A stretch of 64,000 nucleotides of DNA from a virus, in IMG/VR virus record IMGVR_UViG_3300037493_003022, positions 1 through 64,000 of that record; one strand, written 5' to 3'. Position numbers and translations under genes: made by a program. Shown piece by piece: positions 38,623 through 49,054 of the stretch; the stretch's first letter is position 1; each line of letters starts with the position of its first letter. A model generated the notes under the pieces. It worked only from the letters and a program-made list of their open reading frames with translations. It was not told the DNA's origin and did no database searches.

Positions 38623-40199
38623 TCAGAAACTCCATTAACTATTTTCACAATGCGCTCACTGAACGATCCAGTAATAGCATTTAAATCAGCGGCTACATAG
38701 TCATCTAACGGCTTATCTGATCCACCTGGCGTAGATGCCCCGGAAGAACCTGTTTCATCAAAGGTCTTTTTAGCCGCAGCTATTTTTTTCTTATCGTCAT
38801 CGCTGGCGCCATAGTATCTCTTCTGACACTTCAGGGTGGTTGTGTAAGCAGACTCACCGGAAAAAGAATGCGCCACCTCTGTTATTCGATACTTCCCAGA
38901 AAGTCTTTCTCCGAGTCCGTTGAGAACAACAGACATCGTGGGCTTATATCTCGGAGAAGATATTGTAGGAACAACGTCCGCATCGCAGACAACCACGGAC
39001 TTATACATCATCGCGGACAATCGAGCTTCAGCTTCAGTTTTCTCTGTCGGTGTTGCTGTTCCGCTATTATCTTTTGTTCCTAGCTCCACGTTCGAATCAC
39101 TATTTCCAGAAAGAACGGTCTGTATCTTAGCTAAAATATCAGCGGGGTCACCTTTGAAGATAGAGGTTGTCGGGTCTGTTCCAGGGATACTTGTCCCTAC
39201 CGGATCGCCGTTCATGTCGTAAGCGCCATCTGGAACGCTTCCATCTCCGACTAGGCCGCTCAATCCCGTGAAATCGGCTGCCTCATCCAACATGCCAGTG
39301 ACAACAGCTTTGGCTATTCCTTTTGCTTCATCGACGGTCTTCTTGACCATATCTGGAGCAGAGGAATCTTCGTCGGGTTGTTGGGAAGTTCCAAGCTTGA
39401 AACCGAGTTTCTCGAGAACTCCCGCAGGGGCGTCAACTCTTCCTGTAGCAACGTCTGCTACGAAATCACCTACCTCTTCGCAGTTCTCAAAGTCTAAGTT
39501 TTCGATCTTAGCTTTTGCTCCCTGCTTTATTCCCTCTCTGGTGAACTTGAAATCAGCACGATACGAGAAGATCGAGTAATCAACCATTCGATAAGACAAC
39601 ACAGGGACAAACTTCTGTTGACCAACTGCGTCTAAGTCAACCGGTTTTCTAAAGAACAGAGTGCTGCCTTCTACTCCCCAGATAAAACCGTATCTCTCCG
39701 CTAGACTATTCATAATCTGAGCTTTAGTTTTATTAGCTTGTATAAGAGCTTTATCAGCGTCAAAATTCAATTCTTTTGGAACGTCTAGGTTGTACCCTAT
39801 CCCAAGCTCTGTAGCTCTTTGTTTGAAGTAATCGACACACTTTCCTGTGTAAATTTTCTTTTCTTTCTTTTTATTTAGCTTCTGCGTCAGGTCTTGGAAG
39901 TTAACTGTCAGAGTAGAACTCCCTGATTCCGGGGCATCTACTAGCAATGACTTTATGACGAACGGACCCATTGGAACAGCGTCGTCAACAAGACCTATAA
40001 TGAAAGCTATCTTATGGTTTTTAACGAAAACTTTTGAATCGAAATACTTAAAGTAAGGGTCTGATATGGTCATCGACCCATCGGCAGCTTTCTTCTCTCT
40101 ATAGGTAATCTGAACATTGAGGATGTCCCTCAGAGTATTGTCAGACAACTCTAAGTCCTGAACCCATACGGAACAGACTGCTTCTCTAGGTAATCTCAT
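38619..40199 (-). CDS. baseplate hub (gpD/gp27-like)
   Basis: IQANKT..LAERYGF..LFFRK; V.LNGLGERLSGKYRITEVAHSF..YTTTL. Confidence 0.8.
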   Translation of the reverse strand: MRLPREAVCSVWVQDLELSDNTLRDILNVQITYREKKAADGSMTISDPYFKYFDSKVFVKNHKIAFIIGLVDDAVPMGPFVIKSLLVDAPESGSSTLTVNFQDLTQKLNKKKEKKIYTGKCVDYFKQRATELGIGYNLDVPKELNFDADKALIQANKTKAQIMNSLAERYGFIWGVEGSTLFFRKPVDLDAVGQQKFVPVLSYRMVDYSIFSYRADFKFTREGIKQGAKAKIENLDFENCEEVGDFVADVATGRVDAPAGVLEKLGFKLGTSQQPDEDSSAPDMVKKTVDEAKGIAKAVVTGMLDEAADFTGLSGLVGDGSVPDGAYDMNGDPVGTSIPGTDPTTSIFKGDPADILAKIQTVLSGNSDSNVELGTKDNSGTATPTEKTEAEARLSAMMYKSVVVCDADVVPTISSPRYKPTMSVVLNGLGERLSGKYRITEVAHSFSGESAYTTTLKCQKRYYGASDDDKKKIAAAKKTFDETGSSGASTPGGSDKPLDDYVAADLNAITGSFSERIVKIVNGVSE

Positions 40200-40495
40200 G
40201 ACACCACAGCGAATGACCGAGGAGGAATTATAATTTGGACACCTGAATCTAGGTCAAGCGGAAAAAATACCTCTGGGTTGGAGTCGGCTATTACGTACCA
40301 CTTCCTGGCATCTCCGTACTCTCTCTCCGCTAACTTCTCAAAGGTGTCCCCTGCGATAGTGGTATACAATCTAAATCCACTCTGAGGATTTACTGTTGTC
40401 TTTCTTATTCTATGAATAAGATATGCTTTACCATCCTGATCGACGATCTGACTTGTATTTCTAAAACGATACCTAGAGCCAATATGAATTGTCAT
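40196..40495 (-). CDS. LysM/gpX-like tail protein
   Basis: SRY..YTTIAGDTFEKLAEREYGDARKWYVIADSNP..L..G..IIIP. Confidence 0.85.
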   Translation of the reverse strand: MTIHIGSRYRFRNTSQIVDQDGKAYLIHRIRKTTVNPQSGFRLYTTIAGDTFEKLAEREYGDARKWYVIADSNPEVFFPLDLDSGVQIIIPPRSFAVVS

Positions 40496-40496
40496 T

Positions 40497-41075
40497 TCAG
40501 CTTCTCCCGTTTTTAAGCAAACGACTGGTGTTGCTGAACATTTTCTTCATTTCCCTTAAATAAACGTCTGTTGTGCTTGAATCAACATATATGGACTTTA
40601 ATGTTATATCAATGGTCGCTCTGTAAGGAATCATACTTCTGTCGTAGATAACCTCTGTTTGTTTAACGCTCAGACAAACAACATCCCACGCTCTAGTTCC
40701 AACTAGGAATATCAACCTGGCAGGAGCTATCCATCTAGCGTTGCTTTCCAAATAAGTATCTACCTCGGGACAAACAAGACTCTCAAAGAAAGCTAGATCG
40801 GGCATAACTCCCAAAGAAAAACCCATGCTATCCAGCGGAGGATTCTCTGTGGCATCCACCATGATACTAAAAGACATCTCTTGTCCAACTGTCGATTTAT
40901 AAACAGCTGTCGGAAGCATAGACCCCGGTGGAGATATGAACGTGTAGTCCGCGTTAAGTCCTCTCTGAATTTCTGGGAAGTTAAACTGGAAAGAGAACTC
41001 ATCTCCCACGTCACCGTCTACAATTTTTACAAGTGACGCTCTCGAAACGGGAGTTTGGGACATGGACTGCGGCAT
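40497..41075 (-). CDS. tube initiator (CIS tube protein / gpU-like)
   Basis: FSFQFNFPEI..F...DAT..P..F..G..V..SV....PYRATIDITL; between tape measure and LysM genes. Confidence 0.75.
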   Translation of the reverse strand: MPQSMSQTPVSRASLVKIVDGDVGDEFSFQFNFPEIQRGLNADYTFISPPGSMLPTAVYKSTVGQEMSFSIMVDATENPPLDSMGFSLGVMPDLAFFESLVCPEVDTYLESNARWIAPARLIFLVGTRAWDVVCLSVKQTEVIYDRSMIPYRATIDITLKSIYVDSSTTDVYLREMKKMFSNTSRLLKNGRS

Positions 41076-41085
41076 TCAAATCACC

Positions 41086-43788
41086 TCAACCAAAAGATAC
41101 TTCGGAGTTTTGAGAGAACGCGGATTTGATCTTCTCAACTACGTTGCTAGCGATCTTCTCGAAGTCCCCATTTCCACGGGCGTCTACGTTAACAGTGACA
41201 TCCCCAACTCGAGTCACCTGCTTATCAGGACCAAAACCCTTCAGTGGTTTCGGAGCGGTCTGAGGAGCTGGTGCCCCATAGATGGAAGGGTTCACACCCG
41301 GAGGACCAGCTTCGGGGAGGCGACCACTTCTAGACCACTCTTTTTGAGCCTCTGTGGAATTTGGATCTCTCAAATACTGCTGCTTCATATACTCAATCAT
41401 AGCAGCACTGCTACCTGTGTTAACTCCTACCACCTGAGCCCTAACATTCTCTGGGCTGAGCGAATTTAGATTCAGAGTTCTACTCTTTATTATGGCTAAC
41501 CCTGCGTTGAACTCTTCATTGGTTATGATATTTAACGCCGATTTAAGATAAAGAAGCATATAGTCAACGGCTTGGGTGAATCCAAACTTCATAGTCAGCC
41601 ACACATTTTCGAATGATAGCTGAATAATCATGGCTGCATTCTGCATGGCTTCATAAAATTTCGGGCTGCTCAACATCGCCATGGCTCCAATTACAAGCCC
41701 GATAATTAAATAGACTTCCCACATCGCGGCTACTTGTGCGGCGGCAGCAAACATCGCTTTCCCGGCAACCCAAAGCCATTTCAAACCTAGGGCAGAAAGA
41801 ACAACTGCGGTCATGTAGCCAATAGCATACCCGAGCATTTTGTAGTTATCGACTAGCATGGAGAAATCTTCTCCGTGCAGAAGACTAAACATAAACGAAA
41901 ATGCCTTAATTAAAAGCTGAACTGGTATCAAAACAATGGCAATAAGGTTGCCTAATATTTTCAATCCATCCGTAAATCCCTTAAAGAAACCTCCAAAAAT
42001 AAGCTCTAGTTTCTTCTTTGTTTGAACGAAGAAAACTACAATTCCTAAAAGTCCTCTCTTATCAAGGTCGGCTTTCAATTGCTTGCTCTTTGGTCCGCCC
42101 TTTCCAGACCACCATTCGGAAATGCCCCTTAGAACTAATCCGATACTGGTGAAGGACTCCATCAATTGAGATTTAAGAGAGCCTGTTCTTCCTTCCGCTG
42201 AATCTGCAAAAGAGTTGTAGGCTAGATAAAAGAGTCCGAACACGCCTATGAGCTTCAAGAAAGGTAGTAGAGCTGCTTTTGTGGCTACTCCGAATGCAGC
42301 CATCCCTGCGGCTGACCCAGTTGAGACAGCTCCGATGCCTGCGATAACAGGCATGAGGAATGACATAACTCCAGCAATAGCACCCATGGTCAATGACAGG
42401 GTTCCTCCGACAATCAATAGAGCAGCGAACCCTACAACTAGATAACCTATAGCTTTTGCCATCATTGGATTCTGTTTAAGGAATTCAGTGAATGACTTCG
42501 TAATCTTTGTTAACTTTTGAATGATTGGAACAAAGATAGCCATAATAGGCGCCCCAAGGGCGATCCTCATGGAGTCAACAGCAGCCTCAAAAGTCCTCTG
42601 AATACCTTCGGGGGTCTGCTCCATAAGTCTCGCAGCCCACGCGACTTCCCCATTCGCCGCATGCACCTCCTGACCGAGAGACTGGTATGATTTTCCAAGC
42701 TTCTTCATACCTTCGTTGTATCTCTCAAGGATAGCCATACCTGTCCCACCTAAGGTGGCGAACACAGACTGAGCTGTTTCTCTTCTAGTCTTCTCATCCA
42801 TTTTACTTAAAGAAAAAGACATATCTTTCAAAATAGCAGGAACTTCTCTAGCTTTTTTTGTTATCGGATCAAAGATGTCAACCCCTAATTTAGAGGCTCC
42901 CTGGATAAAGCGGGTTGTGTCAGGGTCGTGGGCACCCTTAAACAAAGCTTCCTCGTAGGAAATACTATTTTTATCCGCATAATGCTGAACCCTAGCGCTT
43001 ATATCTGTGAATCTTGAAATGATAGCATTGACAGTTTGTCCAGCGGCTCTCTCGCTCATAGTGGCGCGGAAGATACCGCCCATTGCTATCATGTCATGAA
43101 ATTCTAAATTAGCTTTTGCTGCTGCGGCTCTTGTAGAAGATATAAACCCAAACATTTCGGGAAGTTCAAAAGCGGTTACGTTAACGGCTTTTACCATCTC
43201 GTCAGCAGTCTTACGAATATCTTCGTGTGGAAAAGATGACGCCAAGCTTCCCAAAAGTCGAGAAGCATCCTCTGGTTTTATTTCTCCAAAAGAAGCTGCA
43301 AGGAGATCTTTCAAGACCGGGGCCATCTTTATGCCCTCTTCCATGCTTCCCATGAAGTTAGCAAGACGGCCAATACCTTTAGCCATCTCTGTAGGACTAA
43401 ACATTGAACCACTAGATAGTTCTTCGCTGGTCTTTCTTACCTTCTCCATATCGGAAGCAGAGGCGTGAGTGAACATCTTAACTTGAGCTAGTGCGGATTC
43501 GTACCTCTTGGCTGCTTCGTAAGAAGGTTTGATAACTCCATCTACGATAGCTCTCCCAGCAAATACAGAAGCCATGCCTACGGTAGACATGGCCATAGAG
43601 ATACCGCGGAGTTGTGATTCGAGATTTCTAAAACCTCGATTCACATTCGTGCTCATACTCCCGGCACGCATTTCGATCCGCTGGAGAGCCCTCTCGGCTT
43701 GCTGTCCACCTTGGACGACCTGACGAGCATCCAGAACGAGCCGGATGCCCATCATCATTTGACCACCGACGACTGAACTCAGCCCCAT
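41086..43788 (-). CDS. tail tape measure protein
   Basis: YESALAQVK..FSPTEMAKG core, hydrophobic helical C-terminal half; follows the chaperones. Confidence 0.9.
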   Translation of the reverse strand: MGLSSVVGGQMMMGIRLVLDARQVVQGGQQAERALQRIEMRAGSMSTNVNRGFRNLESQLRGISMAMSTVGMASVFAGRAIVDGVIKPSYEAAKRYESALAQVKMFTHASASDMEKVRKTSEELSSGSMFSPTEMAKGIGRLANFMGSMEEGIKMAPVLKDLLAASFGEIKPEDASRLLGSLASSFPHEDIRKTADEMVKAVNVTAFELPEMFGFISSTRAAAAKANLEFHDMIAMGGIFRATMSERAAGQTVNAIISRFTDISARVQHYADKNSISYEEALFKGAHDPDTTRFIQGASKLGVDIFDPITKKAREVPAILKDMSFSLSKMDEKTRRETAQSVFATLGGTGMAILERYNEGMKKLGKSYQSLGQEVHAANGEVAWAARLMEQTPEGIQRTFEAAVDSMRIALGAPIMAIFVPIIQKLTKITKSFTEFLKQNPMMAKAIGYLVVGFAALLIVGGTLSLTMGAIAGVMSFLMPVIAGIGAVSTGSAAGMAAFGVATKAALLPFLKLIGVFGLFYLAYNSFADSAEGRTGSLKSQLMESFTSIGLVLRGISEWWSGKGGPKSKQLKADLDKRGLLGIVVFFVQTKKKLELIFGGFFKGFTDGLKILGNLIAIVLIPVQLLIKAFSFMFSLLHGEDFSMLVDNYKMLGYAIGYMTAVVLSALGLKWLWVAGKAMFAAAAQVAAMWEVYLIIGLVIGAMAMLSSPKFYEAMQNAAMIIQLSFENVWLTMKFGFTQAVDYMLLYLKSALNIITNEEFNAGLAIIKSRTLNLNSLSPENVRAQVVGVNTGSSAAMIEYMKQQYLRDPNSTEAQKEWSRSGRLPEAGPPGVNPSIYGAPAPQTAPKPLKGFGPDKQVTRVGDVTVNVDARGNGDFEKIASNVVEKIKSAFSQNSEVSFG

Positions 43789-43970
43789 GAGGTCTTTCCG
43801 CTACCTTTCTCGATGTCTTCTACGATCAACTTCACGTATTCATCACGCTCAGTTGAGGGGAGGCGCAAGATGTCGATCTCCGACCAATGATAATTGGAAG
43901 CAATCAGGTGAATCTGCTTCCTCAAATTGGTCAGGAGTCTTTCCCTTTCTTGCGCCGCCCACCGAAAAAA
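43779..43970 (-). CDS. -1 frameshift extension of the tail assembly chaperone (DUF6760-like)
   Basis: QIHLIASNYHWSEIDILRLPSTER; no good start of its own; entered through T TTT TTC. Confidence 0.75.
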   Translation of the reverse strand, partial: FFRWAAQERERLLTNLRKQIHLIASNYHWSEIDILRLPSTERDEYVKLIVEDIEKGSGKTSWG

Positions 43971-44737
43971 GCGGATAAGTCCGCTCGAACATCGTAATGA
44001 CGACCACAATCACACTTTACTTCTTTCCACGGATGTAGACCAGGGAACTCGTTTTGGATGGTGGCCATAATGGACTCTCTATCTCGAGACTTCAGTCTCT
44101 TGACCTGATCTTTGCTGACGGAAGACAGAGTTCCGATCTGCTTAATGCACGAGCACATAAGCGAGTCAATCGCTTCGATTGGGTTGTCGATTTCCCCTGA
44201 CAGCTCTTGAATTTTGCCTCTCGGGAAAACCAGAGTGCCGTTCTTGTGATAGACCCTCTGGTCACCCTTCATTTCGAGAAGACCAACTTCAAGTTCGAAG
44301 TCCAGCTCACAGGGAGCATCTTCATCCCACTCGACGACATCCAGATCGACGATTCGAGTCTGCTCTTCGTAGATCCGGCCGCATCGGGGGCATTCCCCTG
44401 CGAGCATGATCTGGTCTCTCCCGCTGAGCATGTAAACCCTGGAGAGAAGGTAATCGCGATCGGGACCGTACATCTGTTGAACAATATGGTTGCTCAACAG
44501 AGACTCCGGGTTTTTCTTCATAGGAACTGCGCCGACGATCTCTTGGATTGTTCTGCAAAGAACAAGGGAGGTGGCCTTTGCGGTATTCTTCCCTACTTTT
44601 TTGCTAACTACAAGGTGATCGTCGATACCTGTAAGCTCATCGATGATGACATCGCGGTATCTCACGCCATCAACCTCATATCCGATTGGCAACCGGACAT
44701 GATCACTAGCTTCGACTTCTTTGATATTTTCGTCCAT
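43931..44737 (-). CDS. tail assembly chaperone
   Basis: LPIGYEVDG..ELTGIDD, DRDYLL, CPRCG and CDCG; ends LSAFF; between tube and tape measure. Confidence 0.8.
   Translation of the reverse strand: MDENIKEVEASDHVRLPIGYEVDGVRYRDVIIDELTGIDDHLVVSKKVGKNTAKATSLVLCRTIQEIVGAVPMKKNPESLLSNHIVQQMYGPDRDYLLSRVYMLSGRDQIMLAGECPRCGRIYEEQTRIVDLDVVEWDEDAPCELDFELEVGLLEMKGDQRVYHKNGTLVFPRGKIQELSGEIDNPIEAIDSLMCSCIKQIGTLSSVSKDQVKRLKSRDRESIMATIQNEFPGLHPWKEVKCDCGRHYDVRADLSAFFGGRRKKGKDS
43964..43970 (-). other. programmed -1 frameshift slippery heptamer T TTT TTC
   Basis: GCT TTT TTC GGT in frame 0; the -1 frame reads FFRWAAQER.. to the stop at 43779. Confidence 0.75.
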
Positions 44738-44815
44738 AGCGTTTTTCCTTCTGTATCTGGTGGTTGGCGTGGTTGCCAGAGGTAAGCTTAACGAATCTGG
44801 AGGGAAAAAGCTAGG

Positions 44816-45292
44816 TCAGTCGATGGCTAGGTTGATAACTTCCCAACCTTCGTTGGCGAGTACCATAGTTTCGATCTCAACATCATTTGCATTCGCGTCG
44901 AGATCACCAACTTTGAACTCTTTCGGCCAGGCCCGCTTGATGTTCCACTGCTTTACGCGATTGCCTGCTTTGTCCTTCAGGTAGACGGTGAGGTCTTTCC
45001 TGAAGTTGTCGTTCGGGGGCTGTACGCCCTTCGTGGAGAACACGTTGAAGATCAACTGCCGCCACTGAACGAACTCCTCGTCACGAGAGATGCCTCGTTC
45101 GAGTGTGATGTCGCCAAACTTCGTCTGGCCGGGCAGGTGATGAGGAGTCTCGTTCTCGCCACCCTCGCGATACTCGATGTCTTCCGTCGTCTCCGAGAAA
45201 CCGGAAATTTTGGAAAACCCTGCCCGAACGAAAGCTTCGCACTCAACCTCGAACTTGAAGCTGCGATACGGATCTTGCCAGCTAGTAGCCAT
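44816..45292 (-). CDS. tail tube protein (T4 gp19-like / eCIS tube family)
   Basis: DPYRSFKFEVE..AGFSKISG..IEYREGGE..LPGQTKFGDITLERG..WNIKRAWP..DLDA..VEIET. Confidence 0.95.
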   Translation of the reverse strand: MATSWQDPYRSFKFEVECEAFVRAGFSKISGFSETTEDIEYREGGENETPHHLPGQTKFGDITLERGISRDEEFVQWRQLIFNVFSTKGVQPPNDNFRKDLTVYLKDKAGNRVKQWNIKRAWPKEFKVGDLDANANDVEIETMVLANEGWEVINLAID

Positions 45293-45305
45293 AGGACTCC
45301 TCCTG

Positions 45306-47756
45306 TTACTCGGTTAAATCCGACCCACCCGTGTACTGGGAGAATTGGAATTCGATGAACTCTGCCGATTTCTGTGGCTTCATACCAACCTTTGCCTTCG
45401 TGTAACCGCCGTCAATATCCGCCTGGTCCATGGTACCATCGGGAACGCCGCAAAGGACGTAGTAGGCATCCGAAGCCTTATCGGCCGGGAAGGCTCCCGC
45501 TGACAAGTACGTCCCTAGGAACGAGAGAACCCGGTTCTTGAGCTTGGTCCAGGTCTTCTGCTCGTTGTTGCGGAAAACCGCCCAGCGAGTGGAGTCAACG
45601 ATCGACTTCTCGAAGAACTGGAACTGACGACGAGTGGGGATGTACCGGAACTTCTGATCCGCAGAAGCATCCAGCGTGCGAGCTCCCCACACCGTCACGA
45701 GAGAGGTCTTCGTGAACTTCCTCATGACGTTGATGTGAGCATCGTTCATGAGACCGTGCTCCTCGTTGGTGAACACGTCCACGACATCCAGAGCCGTCTG
45801 GAGAGTGCCGTAGTCGCCTTCACCGGCCGGTGCATTCCAGGGGCCGCCGTTCGGAGCAGACAGGTTGTCCACTCGAGAGCGAAGACCTAGGAGAGCGCCA
45901 ACGCCCGAGAGGGACTTCTTGGGGGTGCTGCTGAGGCCCAGGGGATCGATGACCTTCACACCACCTGCGTACAGAGTCGCGTAGGAGCTGTTCACGCCCA
46001 GGGTGGTCTCACGGTAGATGACGTTTGCCGAGGAGGAAGCCCCGAGAGTGCAGTAGCCCACGTACTCGAACCACATCCGGTTTTTGGCGTAGAGAGCTGC
46101 GGAATGGAAAACGCGGTAGTCGTTCGTTCCGACTGTCGCGAACGCGAGCATCTCCGTCAGCTCATCCATCGCGAAAAGACCCGTTTTTCCAACCGAAGAG
46201 CCAACCCAGTCGGTGTACGCGAGGCCCGCGATTTCCGACGTTCCGCCCGTGAGAGCAGTTGCGAGGACTGCGGCCGGAATATCTGCGCCATCACCGCAAA
46301 CAGCGTCGAGATCGGTCACGTAAACGTAAGCCGAGCCCGTGGCTTCGTCGTTCACGATCGCTTCGAAGTAGTTGACCGCGGAGTCATACGTCGAGAGACC
46401 GTCCCAGGACTCAACAAGAACGCCATCGAGGTAGATGTCGAGATCGAATTCACACGACTCGACCGTGGTGGCGGCGACGAGATAGTTGTTCACCATCTGT
46501 CCAGTCAGCTCGATTACGAAAGAAGGGACGCCATTCGTTACCACCGTGTTAACTTTGGCGACGATCTTGTACTCGGTGTTGATACCATCCGTGATCTTCA
46601 GAACAGACCCGGCATTCAAACCACGAGGACTGGAGAGGTGCAGATGGTCATCAGTCGAAGCTATGGCAACGGTCAATTCGCTACCGGCTACGGCTGACGG
46701 GTGGAACGGAGTCTGCGTAACAGCAACCTTCAGGCGATTGCCGTACACGCCGGGGTTTTTCGTTCCCCGGTAACCAGACTCCACCTTGATGGTGTTGTAA
46801 GTCGTACCAGCCGCAGTACCCGTGATCGTCTCATCGGCAAAACCAAACAGCGCGTTTGCAGTACCCGTTCCAAAATTGAGTGTGGAAGCCACGCCTGTAG
46901 TCGGAGAGGTCAGAGTGAACGAACCGTTATCGTTCACGGTAACTACTGCAATCTGCAAAGCGGTCAGGTCAACGGCTGTCTTTACTTCCGCTGCGGTAAC
47001 GGCGGCCAGACTAGCTACGTTGCCCGTTCCAGCAACCGCCGCTGCGAAACGAATCGCGCTGGTTCCATCTGTGTAGCCAACGGAGCTGCCCGTTCCCTTT
47101 GAGTCAGAGATAATCTTGACCTGTGTAGTGCTTGCTTCTGCGTGGCAACCGATAGCCTGGGCATTGATCGCGTCGATAACCTGCGCCGCTGTAGTCAGAG
47201 CGCCTAGGGTGATCGTCTGGTTAACGCCACCGTCGATACGAAGAACAAAGTTGCCGGTAAGATCCGCATGGGGATAGGTCGTGGTGTCCGTCCGAGTACC
47301 TGCGGTTCCCAAGAAAGTCGTGACGGTCTCGGCTTCACTATCGGTAGCAAGCGCCAAGGTCAGACCGGAAGTCATGAGAGCAAAAGGACCGACGAGGCTG
47401 GTATGAGCGGCGGCGCTAGCAGCAACGCCCTCCGTGATGAACGTGTTGCTGGCCACGCCACCAACGAAGGAACTCTTGACTCCAACATCGGTATAGTGAG
47501 CCTGGCGGATCGTAATCAGCTCAAAGCCACCTTCGTCGAAGAAGAGCTTCGCCTCATAGGCCATGTCAGAACGAGTCTCGTAGGTTCCGAATATCTTTTT
47601 CCACGAATCGAAGCTACGAGAGCGAATTGGGATACCAACTGGACCTTTTTCGGTTACGCCTAGGAGGCAGCCGTAGCCCAGGGCGGTAGCCCTGATGGGA
47701 CCATCTTGTGAAGAAACTTCTACTGCAACAACGTCTGGAAACGAGTACCGTGCCAT
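45306..47756 (-). CDS. contractile tail sheath protein
   Basis: GVTEKGPVG.P..SF; PWNAPAG; INVMR..VWGARTL..FRYIPTRR..WAVFRNN..P.KSAEFI. Confidence 0.95.
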   Translation of the reverse strand: MARYSFPDVVAVEVSSQDGPIRATALGYGCLLGVTEKGPVGIPIRSRSFDSWKKIFGTYETRSDMAYEAKLFFDEGGFELITIRQAHYTDVGVKSSFVGGVASNTFITEGVAASAAAHTSLVGPFALMTSGLTLALATDSEAETVTTFLGTAGTRTDTTTYPHADLTGNFVLRIDGGVNQTITLGALTTAAQVIDAINAQAIGCHAEASTTQVKIISDSKGTGSSVGYTDGTSAIRFAAAVAGTGNVASLAAVTAAEVKTAVDLTALQIAVVTVNDNGSFTLTSPTTGVASTLNFGTGTANALFGFADETITGTAAGTTYNTIKVESGYRGTKNPGVYGNRLKVAVTQTPFHPSAVAGSELTVAIASTDDHLHLSSPRGLNAGSVLKITDGINTEYKIVAKVNTVVTNGVPSFVIELTGQMVNNYLVAATTVESCEFDLDIYLDGVLVESWDGLSTYDSAVNYFEAIVNDEATGSAYVYVTDLDAVCGDGADIPAAVLATALTGGTSEIAGLAYTDWVGSSVGKTGLFAMDELTEMLAFATVGTNDYRVFHSAALYAKNRMWFEYVGYCTLGASSSANVIYRETTLGVNSSYATLYAGGVKVIDPLGLSSTPKKSLSGVGALLGLRSRVDNLSAPNGGPWNAPAGEGDYGTLQTALDVVDVFTNEEHGLMNDAHINVMRKFTKTSLVTVWGARTLDASADQKFRYIPTRRQFQFFEKSIVDSTRWAVFRNNEQKTWTKLKNRVLSFLGTYLSAGAFPADKASDAYYVLCGVPDGTMDQADIDGGYTKAKVGMKPQKSAEFIEFQFSQYTGGSDLTE

Positions 47757-47858
47757 CGTTTCACTCCTTCGCGCTTTGCGCTTGTTGATCCTTCTCCAAA
47801 CCCATGTTTTCTCGCATGTCTATTCTCTGTCTTCTGCGAGCCTGGGAGAAGTACTCCT

Positions 47859-48542
47859 TTAATCATTCAACCTAGTTACGGTCGTGAGGTCGAACTCATA
47901 AGCCGCATCTTTGGTTGACACACCTTCTTCGAATGAATTTACCTCAATTTCGACAGTGCCCACAACTTTGTGTCTGTCGGTCTCATCGTACTCAACGGGT
48001 GCGAGATAGGCGATGACGAGGAGACTCAACGACTTGTGATAAATCATTGTGTCCACGTCTTCTTCGTCAAGAGAAACTAGAGCGCCACTCCAGCTAACCC
48101 AAACGGTTATGTTCTCTCCGTCAATGTTACGGACAGTCATGTACCCGCGAATAGGAGTTCGTCTCAGAAAAGCTTCGAATACTAGATCCCTATCTTCTCC
48201 CGCCATATTTCGATGCCACGTATCCAAAACGTACTGAACTTTATACGCCGTTGGTTTTTGTCGCATTATTCTTTCGGCGGGACTAGGAACTACATCGACA
48301 GATAGCTCTTCCTCATCATCGTCGTCACAGTGCTGCAAATTGGCGAAATCTGGAGTCATGTTAGCGAACAGAATAGAGATAGATGGAAAGGTTCTTTCTG
48401 TAGTCTGCTCTGTATTTGGTCTCTCTATGAAAACCTCAACAGGAGTCAACGTAGAATTAGGTCCGACTGGGATGCGCAGACCTGAATACCTACTAACAAA
48501 GGCTTCGTCTATCAACTTCAGAGTAGTAGCTTGTGTCGGCAT
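47859..48542 (-). CDS. tail terminator / completion protein
   Basis: FPSISI..P..YKVQY.LD pattern; directly before the sheath. Confidence 0.6.
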   Translation of the reverse strand: MPTQATTLKLIDEAFVSRYSGLRIPVGPNSTLTPVEVFIERPNTEQTTERTFPSISILFANMTPDFANLQHCDDDDEEELSVDVVPSPAERIMRQKPTAYKVQYVLDTWHRNMAGEDRDLVFEAFLRRTPIRGYMTVRNIDGENITVWVSWSGALVSLDEEDVDTMIYHKSLSLLVIAYLAPVEYDETDRHKVVGTVEIEVNSFEEGVSTKDAAYEFDLTTVTRLND

Positions 48543-48553
48543 CCCCTTCCTCC

Positions 48554-49054
48554 TTAAAATACTTTCATGCGAATGTCAGAAAACTCCAACAGTCTCTGGA
48601 ATTGGTCTGTTTGAAACATCTCTTCAAACACGACTCTCCACAATGGCCTAGGAGGAATTCTACCTTCTTCTGTATCAACTCCGTACTCCAACCACTTAGC
48701 TATCTGCTCATACGACGTATTTGTGCGTTTAGAAACACCTGTCGGTCGTATGACTAACTCAAATTGGTACTTGCCTATCTGAGCCATATCCCAGTTGATT
48801 CCTTTTTTGTAATCCTTTGACTCCACATAGATTACATCATGGCCTTTCAACTTTATTGTTTTTGCTGCTAGTGGTTGCCAAGGAAGGTCTTGTGCATCGA
48901 TATGACCAACAAGAAGGCTAGTAACTTTACGTCCAAGTGCATCTAGTCTATCGAGACATTTGTCTTCGTAGTTGAACTTCAGATCCATGAAATACGCATC
49001 CCATAGATCCCAGTCCCCATAGAAGTAGATGTACTTAGAACGACTTCGACTCAT
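48554..49054 (-). CDS. neck / virion morphogenesis protein
   Basis: WQPLAAKT..K; IAKWLEYG..IPPRPLWR. Confidence 0.75.
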   Translation of the reverse strand: MSRSRSKYIYFYGDWDLWDAYFMDLKFNYEDKCLDRLDALGRKVTSLLVGHIDAQDLPWQPLAAKTIKLKGHDVIYVESKDYKKGINWDMAQIGKYQFELVIRPTGVSKRTNTSYEQIAKWLEYGVDTEEGRIPPRPLWRVVFEEMFQTDQFQRLLEFSDIRMKVF

